This document shows positions 14,687 to 24,158 of a stretch of DNA of 59,094 bases, in pieces. The DNA lies in NCBI GenBank assembly GCA_023488435.1, contig JAMDCK010000057.1:1-59094 (forward strand), given 5' to 3'. The notes under the pieces are model-generated. The model was not told where the DNA came from. It searched no databases and saw nothing but the letters and a program-made list of their open reading frames with translations. A program made the translations under genes and the position numbers. The stretch comes from Actinomycetota bacterium (GTDB lineage: Bacteria; Actinomycetota; Coriobacteriia; Anaerosomatales; UBA912). Within the stretch, counting starts at the first letter, position 1. Each line of letters starts with the position of its first letter.

Positions 14687-15877
14687 ATGTTTGCCAAAAA
14701 GACAGTCAAGGATATCGACGTCCGCGGAAAGCGGGTGTTGGTGCGGGTCGACTTCAACGTCCCGCTGCATGAAGAGGCCGTCACCGACGACACCCGCATC
14801 CGCGCGGCCCTGCCCACGTTGCGATATCTGGTCGACCACGGTGCCCGAGTGATCGTCATGAGTCACCTGGGCCGACCGAAGGGGACTCCAGACCTGCGTT
14901 ATTCGCTTCGGCCGGTACGCAGGGTGCTGCAGAGGCTGATCGGACGCAACGTCTCCTTCGTCGACGAGATCGTCGGCGATGAGGCGGCCGATGTGGTGTC
15001 GCGAATGGTCGACGGCGAGATCGTCGTGCTGGAGAACGTCCGCTTCCACCCCGGAGAGAGCGCCAACGACCCCGAGTTCGCAAAAGCTCTGGCCTCTCTA
15101 GCCGACATCTACGTTAACGACGCCTTCGGGGCGGTTCACAGGGCGCATGCCTCGACGGTCGGAGTTGCGGCTCACCTCCCGGCCGTGTCCGGCCTGCTTC
15201 TGGCTCGCGAGACCGAGACTCTGACGGGCATGCTCGCCAATCCGGACCGCCCGTTCGTCGCGATACTCGGCGGCTCGAAGGTCTCCGACAAGTTCAGCGT
15301 CATCGAACGACTGCTCGATAGCGTGGACACGCTGATCATCGGCGGGGGAATGTGCTTCACCCTGATCGTCGCGAAAGGTGTCGACGTCGGGAAGTCGCTT
15401 GTGGAGCCAGAGTGGATAGAGCCCGCCAAGGCCATCCTCGACAAGGTCGCCAATAACGGCGTCGAGCTTCTGCTGCCCGTTGATTTCGTCATCTCTGACG
15501 CAATCGCCGAGGATGCCGACACCAGGATTGTGGGCAGGGAGGAGATCCCCGCCGACATGATGGGGCTCGATATCGGCCCCGCTACGGTGGAGCTCTTCTC
15601 GCAGGCGATCGGCGATGCCAAGACTGTGTTCTGGAACGGCCCGATGGGCGTGTTCGAGATGACTCCGTTCGAGAACGGGACCCGCAAGGTCGCTACCGCT
15701 GTTACACGGAACAACCGCGCTGTGTCGATCGTCGGCGGCGGGGATTCGGTGGCAGCGCTTCGGAAGTTCGACCTTGAAGAGCGGGTGACGTTCGTGTCCA
15801 CCGGCGGCGGAGCGTCGATGAAGCTGCTCGAAGGCTCAAAGCTTCCGGGCATCGAGGCATTGTTGGACCGCGACTGA
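14687..15877 (+). CDS. pgk: phosphoglycerate kinase
   Basis: 396 aa. KRVLVRVDFNVP N-terminal motif and C-terminal STGGGASMKLLEG. Confidence 0.97.
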   Translation: MFAKKTVKDIDVRGKRVLVRVDFNVPLHEEAVTDDTRIRAALPTLRYLVDHGARVIVMSHLGRPKGTPDLRYSLRPVRRVLQRLIGRNVSFVDEIVGDEAADVVSRMVDGEIVVLENVRFHPGESANDPEFAKALASLADIYVNDAFGAVHRAHASTVGVAAHLPAVSGLLLARETETLTGMLANPDRPFVAILGGSKVSDKFSVIERLLDSVDTLIIGGGMCFTLIVAKGVDVGKSLVEPEWIEPAKAILDKVANNGVELLLPVDFVISDAIAEDADTRIVGREEIPADMMGLDIGPATVELFSQAIGDAKTVFWNGPMGVFEMTPFENGTRKVATAVTRNNRAVSIVGGGDSVAALRKFDLEERVTFVSTGGGASMKLLEGSKLPGIEALLDRD

Positions 15878-15913
15878 CTTAATCGGGTCGGCCGCTGGAC
15901 ACCAGGAGGATCT

Positions 15914-16693
15914 ATGGGACGTCAACCGATGATCGCGGGCAACTGGAAGATGTACAAGAAGGCTGGAGAGGCCGCGATCCTCGTCCAGAACATGGAAGAG
16001 CTCGTCGAGGAGCACTGGCACGATGTCGACATCGTGATATGCCCGCCGTTCACGGCGCTGAAAAGCGTGTCGGTTGTCATCGAACTCGACAGGCTCACGC
16101 TAGAACTCGGAGCGCAGAACGTTCATTGGGAGGCCGAGGGAGCATTCACCGGCGAGATTTCCCCGCCGATGCTCGCCGAGCTGCGTTGCGGCTACTGCAT
16201 CGTGGGACATTCGGAGCGACGGGAGATGTTCGGCGAGACCGACGAGACGGTCAATCGCAAGGTCAAAGCGCTACTGGCGCACAAGATCACGCCCATAGTG
16301 TGCGTCGGCGAGACGGCCGACATCCGCGAGGCCAACCAGACCGAGGCCGTGGTTCGCACACAGGTCAAGGCCGCCCTTGAAGGCATCTCGGCAATCGAGG
16401 CGGCAGGCATCGTCATCGCTTACGAGCCGGTCTGGGCGATCGGCACTGGGCGCACGCCCACACCTGAGGGTGCCAACGATGTCGCGCGCACCATCAGAGC
16501 GACCGTCGGCGCGCTGTTCGGGCCACCGGCAGCGCAATCCTGCCGCGTGCTCTACGGCGGCTCCGTCAAGCCCGAGAACGCCGCGATGTTCTTCTGCGAG
16601 CCCGATATCGACGGCGCGCTCGTCGGCGGTGCAGCGCTAGATGCGGAGTCGTTCGCCGAGATCGTAGTAGCTGCCAAGGAGCAGAATGCCTGA
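15914..16693 (+). CDS. tpiA: triose-phosphate isomerase
   Basis: 259 aa. IAGNWKM, HSERR and AYEPVWAIGTG motifs. Confidence 0.97.
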   Translation: MGRQPMIAGNWKMYKKAGEAAILVQNMEELVEEHWHDVDIVICPPFTALKSVSVVIELDRLTLELGAQNVHWEAEGAFTGEISPPMLAELRCGYCIVGHSERREMFGETDETVNRKVKALLAHKITPIVCVGETADIREANQTEAVVRTQVKAALEGISAIEAAGIVIAYEPVWAIGTGRTPTPEGANDVARTIRATVGALFGPPAAQSCRVLYGGSVKPENAAMFFCEPDIDGALVGGAALDAESFAEIVVAAKEQNA

Positions 16694-18224
16694 TCGCTTG
16701 CCCGTAGCGCTCATCGTCATGGACGGCTTCGGCATCGCCGAAGAAGGCCCAGGCAACGCGATCGCACTCGCAGAGACGCCGAACCTGGACGCGATGTTCG
16801 CGAAGTACCCGTATACCACCCTGCGCTGTTCTGGACTGGCCGTGGGCCTGCCCGAAGGCCAGATGGGTAACTCCGAGGTGGGGCACCTCAACATTGGTGC
16901 CGGGCGCGTGGTCTACCAGGAGCTGACCCGCATCAACCTCGCTATCGAGGATGGCTCGCTGGCCGCCAACGAGGTCCTGACCTCGGCGATCGACGGTGCG
17001 GTTGCGACGGGCCGCGCGGTGCATCTCATGGGCCTGGTCTCCGACGGCGGCGTACACAGCCATCAGGAGCATCTTTACGCGCTGGTCGAGATGGCAGTTT
17101 CGCGAGGAGCGGAGCGCGTCTTCGTGCACGCATTCCTCGACGGCCGAGACGTGCCGCCGCGCTCGGGCGCCGGTTTCCTCGGCGAGTTGCAGCGGCGACT
17201 GGAGCCGTTGGCGGGCGCGCGGATTGCGACGGTCGCTGGCCGATATTGGGCGATGGATCGCGACAACCGCTGGGATCGCGTGGAGCGGGCGTGGCGAGCG
17301 ATAACCCTAGGCGAGGGCGACCCTGCCCGGGATGCCGTTGAGGCCGTGCTTGCCTCCTACGATGCCGAGGTCACAGATGAGTTCGTAGCTCCGACCGTCG
17401 TTCACGGCCCGGACGAGCTGCCGATCGCGACCATCGGCGAGGGCGATGCGCTGGTGTTCTTCAACTTCCGGCCCGATCGCGCACGCGAGATCACCCGCGC
17501 GTTCGTGGACCCGGAGTTCACCGGCTTCTCGCGGCCCGCCTTCCCGCAGACGCGATTCGTATGCTTGACCGAGTACGACCGCACGATCCCAGCCCCAGTG
17601 GCGTTCCCCAAGGAGCTGTCGACGTGCGTACTCGCCGATGTGCTGGCCGACGTCGGCCTCAGGCAGCTCAAGATCGCCGAGACGGAGAAGTATGCGCACG
17701 TGACCTTCTTCTTCAACGGAGGTGCCGAGGAACCAAAACCGGGCGAGCAGCGCGTCCTCATCCCAAGCCCCAAGGTCGCCACCTACGACCTGATGCCCGA
17801 GATGAGCGCACACGAGGTGACGGATCGACTGGTTGCCGCTATCGAGGGCGAGCAGGCAGACGTCTACATCGTCAACTATGCGAACTGCGACATGGTCGGC
17901 CACACCGGTGTGCTCGAAGCCGCAATCGAAGCGGTCGAGGCGGTGGATTCGTGCGTCGGCCGAGTGGTCGCAGCGATCCGGTCTGCGGGTGGCTCGGCAA
18001 TCGTGACCGCCGACCACGGCAACGCCGAGACCATGCTCGACTCTGACAGCCACACGCCATTCACCGCGCACACCAGCGGGGAGGTGCCATTCTGCGTGAT
18101 TGGCGACGGCGTATCCGCCCTGGAATCCGGCGGGATACTCGCCGATGTAGCGCCGACGATGCTCGAACTCATCTCCGTCGAGAGACCGCGGGAGTGGACG
18201 GGACGCTCTTTGCTGGTATACTGA
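16686..18224 (+). CDS. gpmI: 2,3-bisphosphoglycerate-independent phosphoglycerate mutase
   Basis: 512 aa. MGNSEVGHLNIGAGR and the C-terminal ADHGNAE metal-site motif. Overlaps the tpiA stop. Confidence 0.95.
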   Translation: MPDRLPVALIVMDGFGIAEEGPGNAIALAETPNLDAMFAKYPYTTLRCSGLAVGLPEGQMGNSEVGHLNIGAGRVVYQELTRINLAIEDGSLAANEVLTSAIDGAVATGRAVHLMGLVSDGGVHSHQEHLYALVEMAVSRGAERVFVHAFLDGRDVPPRSGAGFLGELQRRLEPLAGARIATVAGRYWAMDRDNRWDRVERAWRAITLGEGDPARDAVEAVLASYDAEVTDEFVAPTVVHGPDELPIATIGEGDALVFFNFRPDRAREITRAFVDPEFTGFSRPAFPQTRFVCLTEYDRTIPAPVAFPKELSTCVLADVLADVGLRQLKIAETEKYAHVTFFFNGGAEEPKPGEQRVLIPSPKVATYDLMPEMSAHEVTDRLVAAIEGEQADVYIVNYANCDMVGHTGVLEAAIEAVEAVDSCVGRVVAAIRSAGGSAIVTADHGNAETMLDSDSHTPFTAHTSGEVPFCVIGDGVSALESGGILADVAPTMLELISVERPREWTGRSLLVY

Positions 18225-18262
18225 TGCACTGCGAAACGTCGGTTTGTGCGCATTAGTGCGCT

Positions 18263-18523
18263 ATGGAAGGAATGACTCCAGCAATGAATGCTCTTGTGGT
18301 ACTCCTGCTTATCGTCCACGTGATCGTATCGATCGCTCTCATCATCTTCGTGCTGATGCACTCAGGTAAAGGTACGGGGATGTCCTCGATGCTGGGCGGC
18401 GTGATGCCGACGACTTCGGTCGGCACATCCATCGTCGAGAAGAACCTCAACAAAATTACGATTGGCTTGGCCATCACTTTCGCCGTCACGCTGCTCGCAC
18501 TGATGGTGTTTTATACCCCCTAA
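18263..18523 (+). CDS. secG: preprotein translocase subunit SecG
   Basis: 86-aa two-TM protein with HSGKGTGMSSMLGG, in the conserved position after the glycolytic operon. Confidence 0.85.
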   Translation: MEGMTPAMNALVVLLLIVHVIVSIALIIFVLMHSGKGTGMSSMLGGVMPTTSVGTSIVEKNLNKITIGLAITFAVTLLALMVFYTP

Positions 18524-18801
18524 GGCTAGCGAGCAAGACGGAAGCAAGGGCCAGGGGGATTACGAGTTCTTCGATTCACGCAGCCACCTCGGGGAATGGT
18601 GGGCTTTCGCCTTCAGTCATCTACGACATTCTTGTCGTTTGACCCTCAACTATGCCAGTGCTACGTTGATTTGGTTGATCTTTTTGATGCAATGGCGGCT
18701 GCTCCACGATTTGGGGATCGGGGTGATCTTTGACCCGGGATGCGAGTTTACACCGCAAGCAAGTGATCGGTTGGGGTTTGCTTGAGAGGAGGGCATGACA
18801 C

Positions 18802-20151
18802 ATGGCAGCATCTGCTTTGAGCGTCAGTGCCGCGCCTGAAAAATGGCACATTCTTGCTTTGAGGATACTCTTGGTCCTAGCGCTGTTGGCTTCGCATGCT
18901 GTTCTAGCAGTCGAGTCGGCGAACGCAGCCACGCCTTCCATCCATGGAACAGTCACAGACGCTTCGACAGGCGCACCTTTGGCTGGGGTGGAGGTGTGGT
19001 TACTTGAGACATACCCCGGGATCCTCGAACAATCTACTGTTACGGACGCAGCAGGAAACTATTCCTTTACCGTTCCTGCGGGAACGTATGGGATTGATGT
19101 GGGGCATCCGGGATTCGAATGGTTTATGAGCGATATCATCGCCTACAACGGGACCAACGCGATCCAGCTGGACATCCCACTGCAACCGGTTCCGCCATTC
19201 ATTGAGGTCGAAGGCGCTGATCGCTTCGAGACAGCTGTAGCGGCCTCGGTTGAAGCGTTCCCATTCGGACTCGATCCGCTTGGCTACAGGACGGTCGTCA
19301 TCGCCACCGGCCGCAACTGGCCTGATGCACTTGGAGGGGCCGCCCTTGCAGGAACGCTTGGTGGTCCCGTATTGCTGGTCGACACCAAAACCGTTCCTGC
19401 TTCCGTTCTTGCAGAGATCGACCGTCTTGGTGCTGGACAAGCCATCATCTTGGGCGGCACAGGTGCTGTGGGTCCGGAGGTTGAAACAGCGCTGAAAACC
19501 AAGCTTGGTGCTCCCAATGTGGAGCGTATTGGTGGTGCGGACCGCTATGTGACCGCCAACAATGTAGCGGCTAGGGTTCGCCAGGAGCTTGGGATCTTTT
19601 ATGACGGGACTGCTTTTGTGGCTACTGGTGGGAATTTCCCTGATGCACTAGCCGCTGCTCCTCTGGCCGCCGGAAACTACTGGCCGATATATCTGGCGCA
19701 TCCCAAGACAGGACTTTCGCCATCCACGGTGACAGCCATGACCGGTGTCACGAATGCCATCATCCTGGGCGGAACAGGAGCGGTGTCGACAACAACGGAA
19801 AACGCACTGAAAACCCGCTTTGGGGCTGTCAATGTAGAGCGTCTTGCGGGTGACAATCGCTACACTACGGCGGCAGCCATTGCGGAATATGCAGTAGGGC
19901 AGCTGCTTTGGTTTGGGTGGGACGGGGTAGGGCTCGCAACGGGTACTAACTTCCCCGATGCCCTCGCCGGTGGCGTCTTGCAGGGCTTGAATGGCAGCGT
20001 CATGCTGCTTACGCCATCGAACTCCCTACACCCGGCAGCGGCTAGCGCCCTATCGGCTAACGCTCTGGAGATTGACACCATCACCTTCTTCGGTGGCGCT
20101 GGTGCTATTAGCCAGGAGGTTCGCGACGGGGCTTTGCAGCTCGTTGAGTAA
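18802..20151 (+). CDS. secreted protein: carboxypeptidase-regulatory-like domain plus three cell-wall-binding repeat 2 (CWB2) units
   Basis: Signal peptide ending ANA/AT. GTVTDASTGAPLAGVEVWL (CarboxypepD_reg-like). Three repeats of the pattern ADR(F/Y)(E/V/T)TA...(N)(W/F)PDAL..(G/A).LAG...P(V/I)LL...GGTGAV. Confidence 0.75.
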   Translation: MAASALSVSAAPEKWHILALRILLVLALLASHAVLAVESANAATPSIHGTVTDASTGAPLAGVEVWLLETYPGILEQSTVTDAAGNYSFTVPAGTYGIDVGHPGFEWFMSDIIAYNGTNAIQLDIPLQPVPPFIEVEGADRFETAVAASVEAFPFGLDPLGYRTVVIATGRNWPDALGGAALAGTLGGPVLLVDTKTVPASVLAEIDRLGAGQAIILGGTGAVGPEVETALKTKLGAPNVERIGGADRYVTANNVAARVRQELGIFYDGTAFVATGGNFPDALAAAPLAAGNYWPIYLAHPKTGLSPSTVTAMTGVTNAIILGGTGAVSTTTENALKTRFGAVNVERLAGDNRYTTAAAIAEYAVGQLLWFGWDGVGLATGTNFPDALAGGVLQGLNGSVMLLTPSNSLHPAAASALSANALEIDTITFFGGAGAISQEVRDGALQLVE

Positions 20152-20416
20152 GATGGATCATTTAGAGGCAAGTGTAGTCTAGCGTAGTGAATCAGGGCTC
20201 CTCGGATCGACCGAGGAGCCCTGATCTTTGCTCTGCAGAGCGGTCTTGCCGAACCCGCAGCATCCCCGGATTTGTCGATTGGTAACGATTGTGTTACAGT
20301 GTGCAACTGTTAGTGCGTAAGGCGTTCTTCGCGCATCGGCTGCAAAGACGATCGGAGCAGTCGTTCGAACCGGCGTGATGGACGTTTCGGCAAATCCGGT
20401 CGAACTCGGTAAATGT
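19802..20416. repeat. tandem duplication, copy 1 (615 bp)
   Basis: Appears identical by eye, base for base, to 20417-21031. Covers the last 350 nt of the CWB2 gene, its terminator and 187 nt of downstream spacer. Confidence 0.95.
20191..20229 (+). terminator. rho-independent terminator of the CWB2 gene (second identical copy at 20806-20844)
   Basis: Perfect 15-bp stem atcagggctcctcgg / ccgaggagccctgat with loop atcga, followed by cttt. Confidence 0.7.
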
Positions 20417-20766
20417 ACGCACTGAAAACCCGCTTTGGGGCTGTCAATGTAGAGCGTCTTGCGGGTGACAATCGCTACACTACGGCGGCAGCCATTGCGG
20501 AATATGCAGTAGGGCAGCTGCTTTGGTTTGGGTGGGACGGGGTAGGGCTCGCAACGGGTACTAACTTCCCCGATGCCCTCGCCGGTGGCGTCTTGCAGGG
20601 CTTGAATGGCAGCGTCATGCTGCTTACGCCATCGAACTCCCTACACCCGGCAGCGGCTAGCGCCCTATCGGCTAACGCTCTGGAGATTGACACCATCACC
20701 TTCTTCGGTGGCGCTGGTGCTATTAGCCAGGAGGTTCGCGACGGGGCTTTGCAGCTCGTTGAGTAA
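20413..20766 (+). pseudogene. duplicated 3' fragment of the CWB2 gene (one CWB2 repeat, no signal peptide)
   Basis: 117-aa ORF identical to the C-terminus of 18802-20151 from residue 3 onward. Its ATG is created by the duplication junction (ggtaaATGtacgc). Confidence 0.6.
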
Positions 20767-21031
20767 GATGGATCATTTAGAGGCAAGTGTAGTCTAGCGT
20801 AGTGAATCAGGGCTCCTCGGATCGACCGAGGAGCCCTGATCTTTGCTCTGCAGAGCGGTCTTGCCGAACCCGCAGCATCCCCGGATTTGTCGATTGGTAA
20901 CGATTGTGTTACAGTGTGCAACTGTTAGTGCGTAAGGCGTTCTTCGCGCATCGGCTGCAAAGACGATCGGAGCAGTCGTTCGAACCGGCGTGATGGACGT
21001 TTCGGCAAATCCGGTCGAACTCGGTAAATGT
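20417..21031. repeat. tandem duplication, copy 2 (615 bp)
   Basis: Offset is exactly 615 nt from copy 1. Both strands give identical ORF translations in the supplied track (20413-20766 vs the end of 18802-20151; 20475-20921 vs 19860-20306). Confidence 0.95.
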
Positions 21032-21237
21032 CTGCAATCGCGACACCCGTGATACTAGGGAAAAGGTTCGTAGCCTAAAAAGCATACTCGCTTCATTTGG
21101 CTTGAGACGACGGGTATCCGTCCGTTTCGCCGGATGCGAGGCAGCTCTCAGCATAATCCCACTACTGTCTCCTAGGTACGCTTGTGCCCCGGCTTTCGGA
21201 TGCGTCGTCTGTAACGTCCCCGGACCCGGAGGTCTAT

Positions 21238-21876
21238 GTGAGTTCCAAGAAGATACAGAAGGTAGCATTGTACGTGGCCGCTTTGGCTTTGGCTGTTTCG
21301 GTCACAGGCACGCTCGCCGGCTTCCAGTTCCCGGAGCCGCAGGCGGGAGCCTCGCCGGCGCAGCGCCCGGTTGGCACGCTCGGTATCGGCGATGAGTCGG
21401 TTCCGCCGATCGAAGAAGTACCCGCTGACGAGAAGATCGAGTTGACCGCAGAGCGACCGGCTTCACTGGTCACCCCCGTTGCCAAGGCAAAGGCTCCAGT
21501 GCCAGTCGTAAGGCCGACTCCTCGTCCAGCGCCCGTCAGGGCTGCATCAGCACCTCGGAATCGACCGGTGGCAGCTGCTGCGGCGAATACCTCGGGCTGG
21601 AAGTCCGCAAGGGCTTCTTGGTACGGTCCTGGCTTCTATGGCAACAGGACCGCCAGCGGTGCGATCTTGACTGAGGGCATGATGAATGTCGCCCACAAGA
21701 CGCTTCCGTTCGGCACGCGTATCGAGTTCAAGTTCGGTGGGCGTACCGCGATCGCTGTGGTCAACGATCGTGGACCATTCACTCCCGGTCGGGTGTTCGA
21801 TCTCGGGCCCGGGACGGCTACAGCTCTCGGCTTCAGCGGGGTCCACACGGTGCAGTATCGGATTCTTGGCAGGTAA
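21238..21876 (+). CDS. RlpA-like double-psi beta-barrel (septal lytic transglycosylase family) secreted protein
   Basis: C-terminal ASWYGPGFYGNRTASGAILTEGMMNVAHKTLPFGTRIEFKF..AIAVVNDRGPF is the RlpA/DPBB signature. Signal-like KIQKVALYVAALALAVSV. GTG 21238 follows GGAGG; the track's alternative start is 21184. Confidence 0.75.
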   Translation: MSSKKIQKVALYVAALALAVSVTGTLAGFQFPEPQAGASPAQRPVGTLGIGDESVPPIEEVPADEKIELTAERPASLVTPVAKAKAPVPVVRPTPRPAPVRAASAPRNRPVAAAAANTSGWKSARASWYGPGFYGNRTASGAILTEGMMNVAHKTLPFGTRIEFKFGGRTAIAVVNDRGPFTPGRVFDLGPGTATALGFSGVHTVQYRILGR

Positions 21877-22005
21877 CGTCTTCTGTGATGCGTTCGATCG
21901 AGGGCGGTCCCGCGCGGGCCGCCCTCGGCTTTTAGAGGTGGATTTGGGGTATCCTGATAGTGAAGGTGATTGTGGGCTCTTCCCGTTGAGTACGGAGGTG
22001 CGTTC

Positions 22006-22350
22006 ATGTCCGATTCCGGACCCGAACCCGGCGCAAGACCCCCGGGACGATCGCTGAGCGATGCGGTTGTAGAGCTTATGGAGACGGTCGTCGACTGGTT
22101 CGATAATGAGGTCGAGCGGGTAGTCCGCGAGAAGATCGTTCTGCCGAGCCAGAAGCTAGGGCTCATGCTGGTCGCTGCGGTGAGTGCAGGGTGTCTGGCT
22201 GTCGTCGGCATTCTGCTCCTGATGGCCGGCGTGTTCATGCTGTTGGGTGAGGCCATCGGATACGCGTGGGCACTGCTTCTGTTAGGCGCTGTGCTCCTGG
22301 TGAAGTCGGTCATCTTCCTAGCGATTAGGTTCCGGAACACCCAGCGGTGA
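22006..22350 (+). CDS. small two-TM membrane protein, actinobacterial holin-X-like
   Basis: About 114 aa from ATG 22006 (GGAGG 8 nt upstream). An amphipathic N-terminal region is followed by two long hydrophobic helices (LGLMLVAAVSAGCLAVVGILLLMAGVF, AWALLLLGAVLLVKSVIFLAI). Confidence 0.45.
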   Translation: MSDSGPEPGARPPGRSLSDAVVELMETVVDWFDNEVERVVREKIVLPSQKLGLMLVAAVSAGCLAVVGILLLMAGVFMLLGEAIGYAWALLLLGAVLLVKSVIFLAIRFRNTQR

Positions 22351-22784
22351 TTCCAGAGGTGGAGAAGCCGCTCTTTATCGTCGAGCACTTGTGGGCGGTA
22401 CCCGGTGGCACCGAGGTGGTTGTGCGCCTTACCCAACCGGTACTTCGGCGGACCAGTGCTCTCCCAGGAATCGCCGAGAAGGTTCTCGGCAGGCTACCTG
22501 GCATCGTACGACACCGTTGTGAATCGCCGAAGGGGCTCGGCGTTGCTGGTGAGCTTGCCGACACCGAGAGCGCTCATCTGCTCGAGCACGTCGCTCTGGA
22601 GCTGCTTGTGTGCGAGGGGCATCCTAGGGCGATGGCGGGCCGGACTACGTGGGATTTCGGGCGGGACGGCCAAGGCGTGTACCGGGTATACCTCGGCTGT
22701 GAGGATGTTGAGGCGGTGCGAAGTGCGCTTCAGGAGGCATGCGTCTTGATCGAGCAGTTGACCGTCGAGCGGGGCCGGTGCTAA
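22347..22784 (+). CDS. stand-alone protein resembling the N-terminal domain of cyanophycin synthetase
   Basis: 145 aa. The GTG start overlaps the upstream stop (GTGA). LPGIVRHRCESPKG...TESAHLLEHVALEL parallels CphA N-domain LPSLVEHFCS...GTYMGHIVEHIALEL. Confidence 0.45.
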   Translation: MIPEVEKPLFIVEHLWAVPGGTEVVVRLTQPVLRRTSALPGIAEKVLGRLPGIVRHRCESPKGLGVAGELADTESAHLLEHVALELLVCEGHPRAMAGRTTWDFGRDGQGVYRVYLGCEDVEAVRSALQEACVLIEQLTVERGRC

Positions 22785-22844
22785 TCTGCGTTTCACCTAT
22801 CGCGTTAGCGAAGGGTGGCGGTACTGTGATCGGCCCCTCGCCCT

Positions 22845-24158
22845 ATGGGCGCAAGGGGTCGTCTTGTTTTACCGGCAGGAGTGATGTCGATGGGTTCTTC
22901 GAGAGTCGTGTTCGACCGGCTACAGGGGCGTTATGCGCAGCGCATGGAGGGCATGCGTAGCAGCGCCGTGCGCGACTTGTTCGCCGCTGCAAGCAGGCCC
23001 GACGTGATCAGCCTCTCTGGCGGCATGCCGGAAGTCAGCCGCGTGCCAGCGCACACCGCAGCGGATGCCGCCTTCCGGGCCGTGGCGCACCATGGCGACC
23101 AGGCACTGCAGTACGGCGGCAGCGAGGGCAGGGTCGAGCTGCGCCAGACGATCGTCGAGCTCATGGCGGAGACCGGCGTGCGGGTCCGACCCGAGGACAT
23201 CGTGGTCACCGCCGGCGCTCAGCAAGCGCTCGATCTTCTCGGCAAGATATTCCTTGATCCGGGAGACGTGGTGATCGCCGAAGGGCCGACGTACCTCGGG
23301 GCTCTGCAGGCTTTCTCGGCGTATGGACCCGAGATCCGCTGTGTCGACATGGACGAGAGCGGCATGCGGATGGACCTGCTCGAGGCCGAGCTGAAGCGGC
23401 TTGGCAGGGGCGGCGCGAAGTTCATCTACACGATTCCCAACTTCCAGAATCCGGGCGGAGTGACGCTCGCGCCCGAGCGCAGGCGGCGACTCATCGAGCT
23501 TTCGCGCGAGTACGACATCCCGATCATCGAGGACGACCCTTACGGGCGGCTGCGATTCGAGGGCGGGCACATCAAACCGCTGCGCGCGCTCGACGACGAC
23601 GTCATCTACCTGGGCACGTTCTCGAAGATATTCGCGCCCGGACTTCGCCTGGGCTGGGTAACCGCCCCACATCCGGTGCTCGCCAAGCTACTCATCGCCA
23701 AGCAAGCCGCCGACCTGTGCGGCAGCGCGTTCGCGCAGGTCACGGCGGAGCAGTACTTCGGCGGATCGCGGTGGCGCAAGGTCCTGCAGGGCCTGACGCG
23801 CACGTATGCCGAGCGCCGCGATGCGATGCTCGCCGCACTCGAACAGCACTTCCCGCCGGAGGCTCGCTGGACGTGCCCCGAGGGCGGCTTCTTCCTCTGG
23901 GTCGAGCTGCCGGAGTTCCTCGACACAAAGGTGCTGCTCGCCGAGGCGGTCGAGCGCGGTGTGACCTTCGTCCCCGGCGACGCCTTCTACCCGGATCGCC
24001 GAGGAGGCAACTGCATGCGTCTTGCGTTCTGTTACGCTGAACCGGAGCGCATCGAGGAGGGCATCCGGCGTCTCGCCGAGGTGCTCGAAGATCGTCTCGA
24101 ACTCTACCGCGCGTTCATCGCGGCCGGTGCACTGTCAGTCAAGGAGGAGGTCGTGTGA
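22845..24158 (+). CDS. PLP-dependent aminotransferase, class I/II fold (2-aminoadipate/LysN-like)
   Basis: 437 aa. SSAVRDLF...ISLSGGMPE N-terminus, NFQNPGGVTL, GTFSKIFAPGLRLGW (Lys-PLP region). The start is uncertain (ATG 22884 is also possible). Confidence 0.8.
   Translation: MGARGRLVLPAGVMSMGSSRVVFDRLQGRYAQRMEGMRSSAVRDLFAAASRPDVISLSGGMPEVSRVPAHTAADAAFRAVAHHGDQALQYGGSEGRVELRQTIVELMAETGVRVRPEDIVVTAGAQQALDLLGKIFLDPGDVVIAEGPTYLGALQAFSAYGPEIRCVDMDESGMRMDLLEAELKRLGRGGAKFIYTIPNFQNPGGVTLAPERRRRLIELSREYDIPIIEDDPYGRLRFEGGHIKPLRALDDDVIYLGTFSKIFAPGLRLGWVTAPHPVLAKLLIAKQAADLCGSAFAQVTAEQYFGGSRWRKVLQGLTRTYAERRDAMLAALEQHFPPEARWTCPEGGFFLWVELPEFLDTKVLLAEAVERGVTFVPGDAFYPDRRGGNCMRLAFCYAEPERIEEGIRRLAEVLEDRLELYRAFIAAGALSVKEEVV

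Noticed and set aside
18524-18801. Possible small RNA or terminator in the 278-nt spacer after secG.
   Set aside because: There is only an imperfect hairpin (agccacc...ggtgggct) with a weak T-tract and no recognisable RNA family features, which is insufficient to call.
19802-21031. Possible CRISPR-like or satellite array, because of the repeated ORFs in the track.
   Set aside because: There are only two copies of a long (615 bp) unit that includes coding sequence, with no short repeat-spacer periodicity. The same holds for the 357-bp unit at 31238-31951.
21032-21237. c-di-AMP (ydaO/yuaA) riboswitch upstream of the RlpA-like gene.
   Set aside because: The context is suggestive. However, I could not find the conserved ydaO elements (for example CCGAAyCCG.CAGCUAACCUCGUAAGCG or the paired ACGGGG/GGUGAAUC segments). 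Only a generic long-range helix is reported as a low-interest finding.
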